Shown here: positions 51,532 through 63,444 of the stretch, piece after piece
How positions within the stretch are numbered: the first letter of the stretch is position 1
How the letters are laid out: each line of letters begins with the position of its first letter
Assembly (NCBI GenBank): GCA_965178125.1
Contig: OZ237745.1
Span: 434,001 to 498,000, forward strand
Direction of reading: 5' to 3'
DNA: 64,000 nucleotides
From: Bilabrum cf. latius
Taxonomy: Eukaryota
Program-made: the position numbers and the translations under genes
Notes under the pieces: generated by a model
The model's input: the letters and a program-made list of their open reading frames with translations, nothing else
What the model was told of the DNA's origin: nothing
Databases searched by the model: none

Positions 51532-51683
51532 ATCTTTAATCAGCAGTAAGAGGTCACCATTTTCATTGATGAATCGGCAGGTTCCAATACCAGGGCCCAA
51601 AATCGGCTCTTGCACTTGGAGCGGTGTGATGAGAGTTGCACCTGAGTTGTTGTGCCATTGGCACAACTCCAAATTCCACGATT

Positions 51684-53305
51684 ATGTACCGCGTACGGCG
51701 CCTTCAGACGCTCCGAATTCCTTTATGTAGGCTAGGTGTAGCTTCTCGTGCATTGAGCTCGGGGGTGCAACCAGCTGAGGTAGTTACAATGTGGGTATTT
51801 GATTGGCTAGTGACCGTTGCTTCCCCGGTACCATTTTGTTCTTTAAAGCTGTACCAGAAGGCCCCTACTGCAACAATAGCCTATAACATTGCATAATAAT
51901 TAGATTCAAGCGGGTCGCAGCGAGTACGAGGACCTGGCAAGTAACGCAAAGGATCTCTCTAAAGAAATAGAAACCGCATACGGGTGAGCACAAGACCTAG
52001 GAGGATAGTTGAGCTCCTAAATATGTACTCTGGGGTTGTGCGCTGATCTGCGTGATGCGACTGTCCGATGGGGTGCTGACAAGGATGAGGATTGCCGTAT
52101 TGGCTGCCACTTGCCGCATCCAATTGCAACGAATTTTATCACTGCCAACATCGTAGATATGATGGTATTGGCCTCCTTGCGGTGCGCAACGTGCCTGGCT
52201 ACGAAGAGAAGCGGCAGGCGCTGCTCCCCCTGGCCCGAGAGCTCGCGCACTTGCCCCAGAACGAGCTGGACGCCCTCGAGGACGAGCCCTCGTTCTACTC
52301 CGTCGGGTGGTCTCACGGAAAGGAGAAATTCCTTGGCAAGCCAGACTACAGCAAGGGCAGTTTCTACGCGAACCCGCTCATGGACAAGGTCGTGGACGAC
52401 GATGCCCTCATCAAGCAGCGTGAGCAGTGTCATGCATTGCATTGCCGTGCACTCTGGCCCCGAGCTCTAGCAGCCATGTGATGATGTCTCCCCAAAAATC
52501 TCTCCATTGATCCCCGTATACCCCTTGCTGCATCATCTGTATCGCACCCGCGGCTCTCGCAGACCCTGCTTTCCTGGCTCCCAACCTGTGGCCGCAACAG
52601 AGCCTGCCGGGACTGGAGCCAGGATTCAAAAACCTGGGCCAGCTGATCGTGGACGTGGGGCGCATGGTGGCTAGGCACTGCGACCAGCTGGTGCACCAGA
52701 GACTGCCCTCGTACCCCGCCGACAAGCTGGAGAAACTGCTGCACACGAGCCGGGTACCGAAGGGGAGGCTCCTATACTACTACCCCAAGGAACAAGGAGG
52801 GGACCAGGAGCAGCAGGCACAGAGCGTTGAGCAAGAGCTGGGCAGCTGGTGCGGCTGGCACAACGACCATGGGAGCCTTACGGGATTGGCCACCGCCATG
52901 TACTTTGACCAGGAGGGCAAGCAGGTGCCATGTCCCGACGAGGGGGCAGGCCTGCACGTGAGATCCAGGTCGGGCGCCGTGCTCCACGTGAAGCCTCCCG
53001 CAGACTGCATGGCATTCCAGATCGGAGAGAGCGCACAGATTCACTCTGCGGGTGTGCTGCAGGCCACGCCACACGCCGTGCGTGCCGCGAACGTCCCCGG
53101 GATCGGCCGGGCCACGCTCGCGGTGTTCATGGAGCCCGAGTGGGACGAGCCCATGGGCGTGCCTGAGGGCGCGGACGCCTCCCGCGTGCTCAAAGGGGCC
53201 AAGGGGGAGCTCCTGCCTCCTGGCGTGCCGCCGCTGCAGGGCAGGTGGCAGCCGACTTAGGACTTTGCGGAGTTTAGCGAGAAGACGCTGGCGGAATACT
53301 ACTGA
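51684..53305 (+). CDS. 2-oxoglutarate/Fe(II)-dependent oxygenase (IPNS-like) with a likely mitochondrial presequence
   Basis: Exons 51684-51790, 51921-51983, 52157-52419 and 52563-53305. GWSHGKE, KGSFYANP, NLWP, WCGWHNDHGSLTGL, FQIGE, LQATPHAV. TAG 53258 is read through to DFAEFSEKTLAEYY-TGA. Confidence 0.88.
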
Positions 53306-53618
53306 TCCATCTGGAGGTGCTTGACCTCCTCCGCCGGATCTGGTCCTGGCCGTCTTCCTTTTCAGCCAAACCACTGCGGTGAACAAAAATAGGCATTTCG
53401 AAATCTGCGCGGCGGTCACAGGCGTTTATATAGTCAAAAGCGCGACACTGCGATGCGAATCAGAAGCTGTCCATCTTTTTGCTGCACCTGCCGAACATGG
53501 CTGGCTGCATGCATCTCGAATTAATACACCCTGGAAGCAGTCACCATTTGGAAAAGCTAGACATGGCCAACCTTTGATCGATGACTATAACAGGACAAAA
53601 TTCGTTTGTGCAAACAAT

Positions 53619-54608
53619 TCATCCCTGACGGGACATGAGTGCGGCGCCGCGCAGCTGCGCGAAGGCCGTGGAGTCCTGCTGCTCCATGGCATCATCGACG
53701 GCCTTGGTGAGAGCAGCGACAGCGTCCTCCTCGCTCTCCTTCTTCTCTCCACCCTTCTTGCTGGCCGGGGCATGCCCGCCCATCATCTCGTGGATCGTCT
53801 TGTCGATGTCGGTCAGGTCGCCCGCCTCCTCGTCCGTGGCGGCGGGCACGGAATCGGGGTGCACGCCCTCGGGGAAATCGAGAGAAAGAGTGTGTTGGGG
53901 GTGCTCCTCGACGTCGCCCTTGGCGGTCTGCTCGGCGCCCGCATCGGCCAGCTCGAGGTTGTTCTTCATCTCGTGGAGCTCGCTGACCCTGCCCTTCCAC
54001 GCGGTCACCAGGCGCCTCATCGTGTCCTCCTCCCCCTTGAGGTGCGCCAGCATGCTCTCGAACTCAGTGAGCTTGCCCTTGCCCTCCTCCAGCTTGGCGG
54101 TGTGCTCCGCGATGCTGTCCTCGAGCTGCTTCTTGAGGTCGTCCCGCTCCCTCACGTGCTCCTCGGCCGCCGCCCCCAGGTCCTCGATGCCCTTGCTCAG
54201 CTCGTCAATCTTCTTCTGCGTGTCGTTCAGCCGGGTCGTGGCCGATCGCAGCTGCAGCAGGGCGTGCAGCGTCTCCTTGAGCAGGAGCAGGTGCTTCTTC
54301 TGCCTCTCGGCCTGGACCAGCTGGTCGTTGATGGCGGTCAGCTCGTGCTCCTGCTGCTCGATCCTGGCATGCAGGGAATCAACGTGCCCGTGGAACTTGT
54401 CGGGGACCTTGTGGGTGCGACCCAGGTGCAGGTCGTGGGCAGAAGGGGGTGCCTCATCCGCCATGATGCTCGCAGCCTCCTTGGCATCGGCGGCACCTCC
54501 GGCGGCTGTCTCGTCGATCCCGATCTCGCGCTCTAGTTTGGCGATCGTGTCCTCACCGTCTGCGACGGTGCTATCAGTGTGCTCCGACGGGAGCTCGTCC
54601 ACGATCAT
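53619..54608 (-). CDS. hypothetical coiled-coil protein (5' exons unresolved)
   Basis: 329-aa ORF with strong GC3 bias and E/K/L heptads; ends TGA. A probable splice acceptor lies just upstream (~54626). Confidence 0.65.
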   Translation of the reverse strand: MIVDELPSEHTDSTVADGEDTIAKLEREIGIDETAAGGAADAKEAASIMADEAPPSAHDLHLGRTHKVPDKFHGHVDSLHARIEQQEHELTAINDQLVQAERQKKHLLLLKETLHALLQLRSATTRLNDTQKKIDELSKGIEDLGAAAEEHVRERDDLKKQLEDSIAEHTAKLEEGKGKLTEFESMLAHLKGEEDTMRRLVTAWKGRVSELHEMKNNLELADAGAEQTAKGDVEEHPQHTLSLDFPEGVHPDSVPAATDEEAGDLTDIDKTIHEMMGGHAPASKKGGEKKESEEDAVAALTKAVDDAMEQQDSTAFAQLRGAALMSRQG

Positions 54609-55481
54609 TGGGGCGCGAGTAACATCTGCGAGATTTCACAAGGTGCATGGAAGGCGATAGGGGACGGCATGGGGTTCACACAGTGTTCGACTCTTTTCGT
54701 GAAGAGTCGAAAGCAGCGGCAGCATCTCTTGAGGCGATCAGCACAGAGAATCATGCAAGCAGAGATCAAATCTGGCAAGGTTACACGGTCATAGCCGGGA
54801 TACGCCTGCCTGTAGTCGTAGCGTGATGGTAGCAACGCGAATCAAGCCAGCCACGTTCCAGAGAACTCCCGACGCCCTCATTAGCCACATCCACAACATA
54901 GGCATTATGGTGCACCGTTGTACACTTCCAATATCATGCTTCAAGCGTGTAGCGTAACACAAAGCTGGGGAGAACCCCCGGTTGGCCTTGGCAAGGCATC
55001 CGTGAGGACCAGCAAGGTTGCAACACCAGTCGCACACACGAGACCAGCCCGGCGAAATAGCAGCAAACGTACGCAAATAAGGTGCATAATATACCGAGCT
55101 AGGCAAGCAGGCAGTCCAGTCGGCGAAATCACTCGTACAAAAGAAGCCTCTCACCCTTACCCTCATCCCCATCATCTCTCTGCCTAGCAGCCGCCAATAC
55201 TGCCAAAGAGGCGAGAGCAAACAAAACAAGCTTCATTGTATTTATACTACTGGCCTACTGCGGTCCTTAGCAAGGTGTTGGCTTGGCCTTCAAGTCCTGT
55301 AAGTTGCGCCCAGTAAGGCGCTGGCTTTTCAATCCTGTTTTTCTGGTTGTAAGGTTGATTTTTGTCCGTATGGTGCGGTTGCAACTGCTAGGTGGAGGCA
55401 AGTTGGGATTATTGAATGGTATTCGTTCGGTCCTGCGCAATGCTAGTCAGATAAAACTGCGGTTTTGTTCTGGATGCACGA

Positions 55482-57424
55482 ATGATGCTGAGAATGAGGA
55501 GACTAGTGCGAGAAGGCATGCGTTTGGGAGCTTGTCGAGCAATTGCTCCATCACTGGTGTATCAGCTCGTCACCCCACGGCACTTCCACGCATGCAGCCG
55601 TGGTATGGCATCGCATACTCCAAAAGAGGCGTAGGGATCCCAAAGTGAGGGTCTTCCGCCGGCTCGACTTGATTTTCGGTCCATTCGAGACGACATCGAG
55701 TATCACGCGTGGAACAGCAGTGCAAGAAACGCGGTTGCGGAACCGCATAAGGCGGCAACTCTGTACAGCGATCGAATCAAAGCCGATTTGGAGCTCAATA
55801 CTGTCCGAAAAGGTGAGAAACTTGGAATGGCATCTGCTGGTGTGCCCGTCTAAACTCCTCACACATCGTCTGCAGCAACTGTTCCGCCCATACCTTGATA
55901 TACGCAGAAAGGAATATGCTATCCAAGAGCAAAAACGCCAGCCGCGAAGAGAAGCGGGAGCGTGGCAAGGCTCTGAAGCAAAAGCTAGCCGAATTGGAAC
56001 GGGCCAGAGATGCGCTCGCGGAGCAGCTGCAGGCAGAGGCCCTCCGAGTCCCCAATGCGACGCACCCAGCGGCCCCATCCGGTGACGAAGACCAGGCGAT
56101 AGAAGTCCTGCGAGCCGGTCCGCTCGCAGATCCCGCGGCGCCCGGCACGAAGAGCTGGCTAGGTGCAGAGATGGCCAGCGTTGCCTCGGGTGAGACGGGC
56201 GGTGAGGGCGGGGCGGCAGGGTCCTCGCTGCCCCAGCCCAGGGACCACTACGAGCTCTGCGAGCTGCTGGACATCGCGGATTTCGGCTCCGGATCCCGTG
56301 TCTCCGGCCCCAAGTTCGCCGTGTTCAAGAACGCGGGCGCCATGCTGGAGATGGGCATCGCCCTGTGGGCCGCGGGAGAGCTGAGGAGCAAACTGGGCAT
56401 GGAGGTGCTTGTTCCCCCGGACGTGGCACGGGCAGACATCGCGGCCGGCTGCGGGTTTCAGCCTCGCGGGGTTGAATCCCAGACCTACCAGCTGGACGGG
56501 ACGGACCAGGTGCTGGTCGCAACCTCGGAGGTGACGCTCACCGGGATGCACGCCAGTGCAGTGCACCCTACAAAGTCCCTGCCCATGGTGCACGCGGGCG
56601 TGAGCCACTGCTTCCGCAGGGAGGCCGGTTCCAGCGGGGTGGCTCAGCGGGGGCTGTACCGCCTGCACCAGTTCACCAAGGCCGAGATGGTGGTCGTGTG
56701 TCACGCCACTCCAGAGGACGGCAAGGGCGCTGGCAGCAGGCCCACCATCTTGAGGCCGGCGGGGGAACACGGTCTCGGGGATAGGGGTGACGGCAGCGGC
56801 GGCGCGTCAGCTGACGTGGTGGTTCCGCTCCACGAGCGCGCCCACTCCGAGATTGCGCGGCGCCAGCTCGCGGGTGTTCCGCAGCCGGACGGCCGGCCCG
56901 TGCTGGGCGGCGCGGCGGCCGAGTGCCCCACCGCAACCGCTGCTTCTGTTCCCCAGGGAACAACAGCGGATCCCCCGCCGCAGGACCGCTACCTCCAGGA
57001 CCTGGTGGCCATCCAGTGCTGGCTGCTGGACCAGCTGGGGCTGTCATACCGCGTGCTTGACATGCCCACCGCGGAGCTGGGTGCGTCTGCCAGCAGGAAG
57101 TTTGACGTGGAGGCGTGGATGCCGGGGCGCCGCGCATTCGGGGAGGTGTGTTCCGCAAGCGACTGCGGTGACTACCAGGCGCGCCGGCTGGGCATCCAGT
57201 ACGAGGCCGGGGGCAGCAGGGGCAGGGTGTTCGCCCACACCCTGAACGCCACAGCGGTGGCCGTCCCACGGGTGCTTCTCGCCATCCTCGAGACGCATCA
57301 GAGGGAGGACGGGTCAGTGGTTATCCCCGAGTGCCTGCGCCCCTTCCTCGGGGGACAGGAGGTGCTCGAGCCGGTCCCCGCCGAGAAGAGGACCGGGATG
57401 CGACACGTAGGGTTCGCAAGCTGA
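55482..57424 (+). CDS. SARS2: seryl-tRNA synthetase, mitochondrial type
   Basis: Exons 55482-55812 and 55908-57424. Arg-rich presequence, TAG 55632, VPNATHP, LVATSE, CFRREAG, GLYRLHQFTKAEM, GEVCSASDCGDYQARRL, HTLNATAVAVPR. Ends TGA. Confidence 0.93.
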
Positions 57425-57794
57425 CGATGACCGCATGGTGATGCTTCAAGTGTGCCGTGGCACTCCTTGTTAGGGCGATGAATTAGACCTGATTGGGCGG
57501 TGGAATTGACCTTACTGGGCTCGCATGCGAGACTGGAATCGGAGCAAAGCAGCCAGACTTAGGCGGCAGTTGGCAGCCGCGGAGCCGTCGCTCTGGTCTT
57601 GTTTGGCGTGTGCGCGCTGGAAAACGGAAGCAATGAATAGATTGTACAAGTAGCAGCGCGCAACACACGTGCAGACTGACATGCAAGCAACCAGGCGGGC
57701 ACTGGGCAGTCGGCAACGCAAGCCGATCCCCTGCCGCCTCCAGACGTCTGCACCCGATCCTGAAACCATGCCTCGAAACGTCGTATTGCCCAGC

Positions 57795-59375
57795 TCAGAA
57801 GAAGCCCAGCTTGTTCTTGTCGTGCGAGATGAGCATGTTCTTGGTCTGCCTGTAGTGGTTCAGCATCATCTTGTGCGTCTCGCGGCCGAAGCCGGACTGC
57901 TTGTATCCGCCAAAGGGTGCGTGCGCGGGGTACGCGTGGTAGCAGTTCACCCACACGCGACCCGCCTTGATCGCACGGGGCACCTGGTACGCCTGGTGCG
58001 TGTCGCGGGTCCACACGCCAGCGCCCAGCCCGTAGATGGTGTCGTTGGCGATCTCGATGGCCTCCTCCTCAGTCTTGAAGGTGGTGACCCCCGCCACGGG
58101 GCCGAAGATCTCCTCCTGGAAGACCTTCATGTCGTTGGTGCCCGCCAGGATCGTGGGCTTGATGTAGTACCCGCCGTCCACGGGATCGTGCGATGCACCC
58201 CCGGTGAGGACCTTGGCGCCCTCGGTCTGCCCCAGGTTGATGTAGTTCATGATCTTCTCGTGCTGCGCGGCGGACACCTGCGCCCCCATCATCGTGTCGG
58301 CGTCCAGGGGGTTTCCGGTCTTGACCGCCTCGGCGCGCTTGACCACCCTCTCCATGAAATCGTCGTAAATGTCCTCCTGCACGAGCCAGCGGGAGTTGCA
58401 GGTGCACACCTCGCCCTGGTTGAGCGCGAAGAGCACGGCGCCCTCCACGGCCTTGTCGAGGAACTCGTCGTCCTTGTCGCACACGGAGGAGAAGAACACG
58501 GAGGGGCTCTTCCCGCCGAGCTCCAGGGTCGTGGGGATGAGCGAGTCGGCGGCGGCGTGCAGCACGTGAGTGCCCGTGGCGGTGGAACCGGTGAAGGCGA
58601 CCTTGTCGATTCCCTTGCTCGTCGCCAGCGCCTCGCCCGCCTCGGCACCGAATCCGGTGACTACGTTGAGAACGCCAGGAGGGAGGATGTTTGCTTCCTT
58701 GATAAGCTCCATGAGCGCCATAATGGACGTGGGCGTCTGCTCGGCGGGCTTGAGAACGACGCAGTTGCCTGCGGCGATGGCCGGCGCGACCTTCCACGCG
58801 GCCATGAGCAGCGGGAAGTTCCACGGAATGATCTGTCCCACAACACCAAGAGGCTCCTGGATGCAGAGCGAGACGGTGTTTGCGTCCAGCTCAGACGCGG
58901 TCCCTTCCTCTCCGCGAATCACACCCGCGAAGTACCTGAAGTGGTCGATAACCAGCGGAATGTCGGCTGCCATGCACTCGCGGATGGCCTTACCGTTATC
59001 CACGCACTCGATTTTGGCCAAACGCTCGGCGTTGGCCTCCACGAGGTCGGCAATCTTGAGCAACATGTTTGATCGCTCCGTGACCGAGGCCTTCGAGAAG
59101 GTCGACTCAAACGCAGTCCTTGCCGTCTGCACAGCGTTGTCCACGTCCTCCTTCGTCCCTCTGGCAGTTTTGATGAATGGCTTTCCATCGATGGGCGAAA
59201 TGTTGTCGAAGTACTGCCCCTGGGCCGGCTTCACCCACTCACCACCGATGAAGTTGTCGTACTTGTCTGGCAGGCCAAGATCCAGGCCTGCAACGATCGA
59301 CATTGCGCGCCTCGCGCCAGAAAAAGACGCCATAGGCAGTGACCTACGCATCGAACGGAAACTTCGGGCCAGCAT
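57795..59375 (-). CDS. NAD-dependent aldehyde dehydrogenase, bacterial AldB/AcoD/ExaC type, with a mitochondrial presequence
   Basis: Intronless. GQIIPWNFP, KPAEQTP, FTGST, LELGGKSP, NQGEVCTC, EEIFGPV, C-terminus HYRQTKNMLISHDKNKLGFF; N-terminus MLARSFRSMRRSLPMASFSGARRAMS. Ends TGA. Confidence 0.93.
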   Translation of the reverse strand: MLARSFRSMRRSLPMASFSGARRAMSIVAGLDLGLPDKYDNFIGGEWVKPAQGQYFDNISPIDGKPFIKTARGTKEDVDNAVQTARTAFESTFSKASVTERSNMLLKIADLVEANAERLAKIECVDNGKAIRECMAADIPLVIDHFRYFAGVIRGEEGTASELDANTVSLCIQEPLGVVGQIIPWNFPLLMAAWKVAPAIAAGNCVVLKPAEQTPTSIMALMELIKEANILPPGVLNVVTGFGAEAGEALATSKGIDKVAFTGSTATGTHVLHAAADSLIPTTLELGGKSPSVFFSSVCDKDDEFLDKAVEGAVLFALNQGEVCTCNSRWLVQEDIYDDFMERVVKRAEAVKTGNPLDADTMMGAQVSAAQHEKIMNYINLGQTEGAKVLTGGASHDPVDGGYYIKPTILAGTNDMKVFQEEIFGPVAGVTTFKTEEEAIEIANDTIYGLGAGVWTRDTHQAYQVPRAIKAGRVWVNCYHAYPAHAPFGGYKQSGFGRETHKMMLNHYRQTKNMLISHDKNKLGFF

Positions 59376-59603
59376 GCTGTTCAAGGAAGGAGAAGTTGCA
59401 GACTGATGATGTAGCGTTCGATGGATTCTGCCGCGTGACCCCAATGCGATCGTGTTGGGGGGTGAATGTCACAGGGGACCACCACTTGGATTTATCGTAT
59501 TTTTACCCTATTGAATGTAACGTTCAGATTGGTATTCAATTTTCAGGAACGGGGGCGTCCATCACTCCAAAGCAACCCAAAGTAACCTACAAGCGTTTAC
59601 AAC

Positions 59604-62069
59604 ATGGCAGCATCAGCAGATTCCGGAAGCAAGATTGACGGCCACTCAGTTGGCATCGACCTGGGTGAGTTTGGAAGCGATATGCAACGATGAGGCTTCG
59701 AAATGCGCTGCCACGCGTCGGTGCGGCCGCAGTCTCGTTTGGACAGAGCGCGCTACATGCCTTCTGATCGCATCCATGCAAGGTCGCATATATTAAACAC
59801 ATCTCATTCTATCGCAGGCACCACCTATTCATGCGTCGGTGTGTGGCAGAACGACCGCGTCGAGATCATCGGTGAGAGTGGCGCGTAGTTGGCTGTGTTC
59901 CCGACATTTCGAGCGATATCCCGGCTGATGCACGTTCACTGCGCAATTCACGATGGCCTGTATTGATAATCACCATCAATAAGTGTTTATTAATGCGGTG
60001 ACTGTGTCGATTGTGCGACTGATGCCTTGGTTCACCAGGTTTCGACAGATTTCCAGGGTTTTCCAAGGTGCTCGGTCGGCGATTTCATTCACCATTGCGG
60101 CCGTGTACGGCTTCAATAGGCACCATGCGACTGTTTCCATGTATCCTTTTTCTGTCCTTGCTTTCTGCAATCTCTCGCAGCCAACGACATGGGCAACCGC
60201 ACGACCCCGTCGTACATCGCGTTCACCGATGCCGAGCGCCTCATCGGCGACGCCGCCAAGAACCAGGTGGCCATGAACCCTAAGAACACCGTGTTCGACG
60301 CCAAGCGTCTCATCGGCCGCAAGTTCGCGGACCCCAAGATCCAGGAGGACATGAAGCACTGGCCCTTCAGGGTGGTGGCCTCTCCCGACGGCAACCCCGT
60401 CATCCAGGTCGACTACAAGGGCGAGACCAAGACCTTCCGCCCCGAGGAGATGTCCGCCATGGTCCTTCAGAAGATGAAGGCCATCGCCGAGTCTTACCTC
60501 ACCGGTGACGTGAAGAACGCCGTGGTGACCGTGCCCGCGTACTTCAACGACTCCCAGCGCCAGGCCACCAAGGACGCCGGCACCATCGCCGGCCTCAACG
60601 TGCTGCGCATCATCAACGAGCCCACGGCCGCCGCCATCGCGTACGGCCTCGACAAGAAGGGCGGCGAGAAGAACGTGCTCATCTTCGACCTCGGCGGCGG
60701 CACCTTCGATGTGTCCCTCCTGACCATGGAGGACGGCATCTTCGAGGTCAAGGCCACGGCCGGCGACACCCATCTCGGTGGCGAGGACTTCGACAACCTG
60801 ATGGTGGACCACATGGTCAAGGTGTTCGAGCGCAAGAACAAGGGCGTGGGCAACATCCGCAAGAACGACCGCGCCATGCGCCGCCTGCGCACCGCCTGCG
60901 AGCGCGCCAAGCGCAGCCTGTCCACCCAGCTGCGCGCCCACATCGAGATCGACTCCCTGTTCGAGGGCGTGGACTTCTCCGCGGACGTGACCCAGTCCAA
61001 GTTCGAGGACCTGTGCGACACCCTGTTCAACAAGTGCATGTCCCCCGTGGCCCAGGTGCTCAAGGACTCCAAGATCCCCAAGGACAAGGTCGACGAGATC
61101 GTGCTGGTGGGCGGGTCCACCCGCATCCCCAAGATCCAGAACCTCCTCAAGAGCTTCTTCAACGGCAAGGAGGTGTGCAAGAGCATCAACCCCGATGAGG
61201 CCGTGGCCTATGGCGCCACCGTGCAGGCGGCCATCCTGAGCGGCAGCGGTGCCGGCACCAAGCTGGACGAGCTCCTGCTGCTGGACGTGACCCCCCTGTC
61301 CCTGGGCCTCGAGACGGCCGGCGGCGTGATGACCACGCTGATCAAGCGCAACACCACCATCCCCACCAACCAGAGCCAGACCTTCTCCACCTACCAGGAC
61401 AACCAGCCCGGCGTGCTGATCCAGGTGTACGAGGGAGAGCGCAAGATGACCAAGTTCAACAACCTGCTCGGCAAGTTCCAGCTGTCCGGCATCCCCCCCA
61501 TGCCCCGCGGCGTGCCCCAGGTGGAGGTCACCTACGACCTGGACGCGAATGGGATCCTCAACGTGAGCGCCGTGGAGAAGTCCACTGGCAAGGCCGAGAA
61601 GATCACCATCACCAACGACAAGGGGCGCCTGTCCAAGGACGACATCGAGCGGATGGTGTCCGAGGCCGAGAGCTTCTCCGCCGACGACGAGCGCATGGCC
61701 GAGCGCATCGAGGCCAAGAACGCCGTGGAGAACTACGCCTACAACGTGCGCAACAGCGTGCGCGACGACAAGGTCAAGGACAAGCTCTCGGACGAGGACC
61801 GCGAGACTGTCGAGAGCGCCGCCAAGGAGGTGATCGAGTGGATCGAGGAGCACGAGGAGTCCGAGAAGGAGGAGTTCGAGGCCAAGCAGAAGGAGCTCGA
61901 GCAGAAGGTCATGCCCATCATGACCAAGCTGTACGCCGGCATGGGCGGCGCACCCGGCGGGATGCCTGGCGGCATGCCCGGTGGTATGCCCGGCGGCATG
62001 GGCGGAGGCCCCGAGTCGGCCACTGCCATGGACGAGGACGACGGGCCCCAGATCGACGAGGTCGACTAA
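59604..62069 (+). CDS. HSP70: cytosolic Hsp70
   Basis: Exons 59604-59664, 59818-59871 and 60181-62069 rebuild [49 protein letters not shown] repeats, ends IDEVD followed directly by TAA. Confidence 0.97.
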
Positions 62070-62919
62070 GCGGCAGGCACCCCGGTGCTGGCAGCCCTTG
62101 CCTCGGATGCGCACGCGACAGTGTGAGCAGCAACGCTTTTGTTTCAGCTGAATGATTTTCAGAAAGCTCTTGATATATTGCAACTATCTCAAAATGTCGT
62201 TTCATCTCTCAACTCTTCACAAGCTCGGGTTGAAATCGCATACACGAAAGCATGGCCGCACAGAGGCTAGCTCTCGCAGATCTGCCCGATCCGCACTGTA
62301 CGTGCGAGAGACTAGAGTCAGGGAGAGAAATGAGAAACTTGTTTCGCTTCCAGCTGCCCTAAGTCCAATGTGCCCTCGATCTAGTGCGACCTCACAGGCA
62401 CCCGCAGCCACGCGACGGTCGCACCACAGCCCTCCCGAGCCATTCATTGATTCTAGCTGTCCCCGGCCTGGCAATACCCCTTCCTCCTCCCTGTGCCTGG
62501 CCGCCGCTCAGAGGCCATCCATGTTTATCCCACCCCCCTGTCATGCCCTCCTGTCAACCTACCTGGCATTCAGATGCAGCCACGGACAGGTCCAAACCCA
62601 TGGCCGCCTGCAGCCCAGGAGCTCCTCTCCATTCGAAAAAAGGCTCCGATCAGTGACACGATTCAACTAAGGAAGCCGCCAAATGCGGTAGTGCTCTTTG
62701 AACTTCGCCGTGCTATCCTGCGCAAGAACACTCGTTCACCCGGACAACTGTCGCCGTTGGCTGTCGCTCCCCACCCCTGGCCTAGTGATCGGTGCACCAA
62801 GGGATTCGATACAAATCGTGCTGATTGTGCTCATCGTCTTGGCTAGAACATTGCACATTGCCAACGGCGTGGGCGCACGGGCGCACCTGGACAGCTCGAT
62901 CAAATGGCAGCGCTAACGG

Positions 62920-63444
62920 TCAGTACTTGTGCGAAGTACTGTAGTCTTTGGGGCTGATTGCGAGGCCCCTCCCTTTCCTAGCCTGCTTGTAAACAGCTTC
63001 AATGATTGCGATCATCTCGTCCTCGTCGTCAAAAGCCCAGTCTATCTTGTTGTTGTTGCCAGTCCCAAGGTCCACCATGATGTGCTTGTTTCGATAGAAA
63101 AACATCACCGCACAGTCATCATCCCAGAGCTCGTACATCGAATTAAATTCTGGAACTTCCGTGGTATCTACCAGGTACACAACAGCAAACTTCTTGATCT
63201 TTTCGGCTATGCCAGCCAAGACCTCGTCAACAACCAGGCACGTGTCGTCCCAGTCATGGCCAAATCGAATGACAATAACCCGCTCTTCCTCATTCTGCAA
63301 AATTCAGTAACTAGCAAGGCGTAAAAGAGATGGTGGTGCTCGCTTTCGACCGATATTTCGCGCACCTCTCAATCATGTGTCTCTTACCAAGATAGCCTGG
63401 TCAACCGAATAACCGGTTCGTAAATGTGGAAGCAGATACGACAT
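62920..63444 (-). CDS. DIM1: U5 snRNP protein Dim1/TXNL4A
   Basis: Exons 63444-63388 and 63294-62920: MSYLLPHLRTGYSVDQAIL|NEEERVIVIRFGHDWD...MFFYRNKHIMVDLGTGNNNKI...GRGLAISPKDYS. Ends TGA. Confidence 0.96.

Noticed and set aside
55482-57424. SerRS as part of the recoding machinery
   Set aside because: It is an ordinary mitochondrial-type SerRS. TAG decodes Gln, and I saw no tRNA or eRF1 gene in the window.
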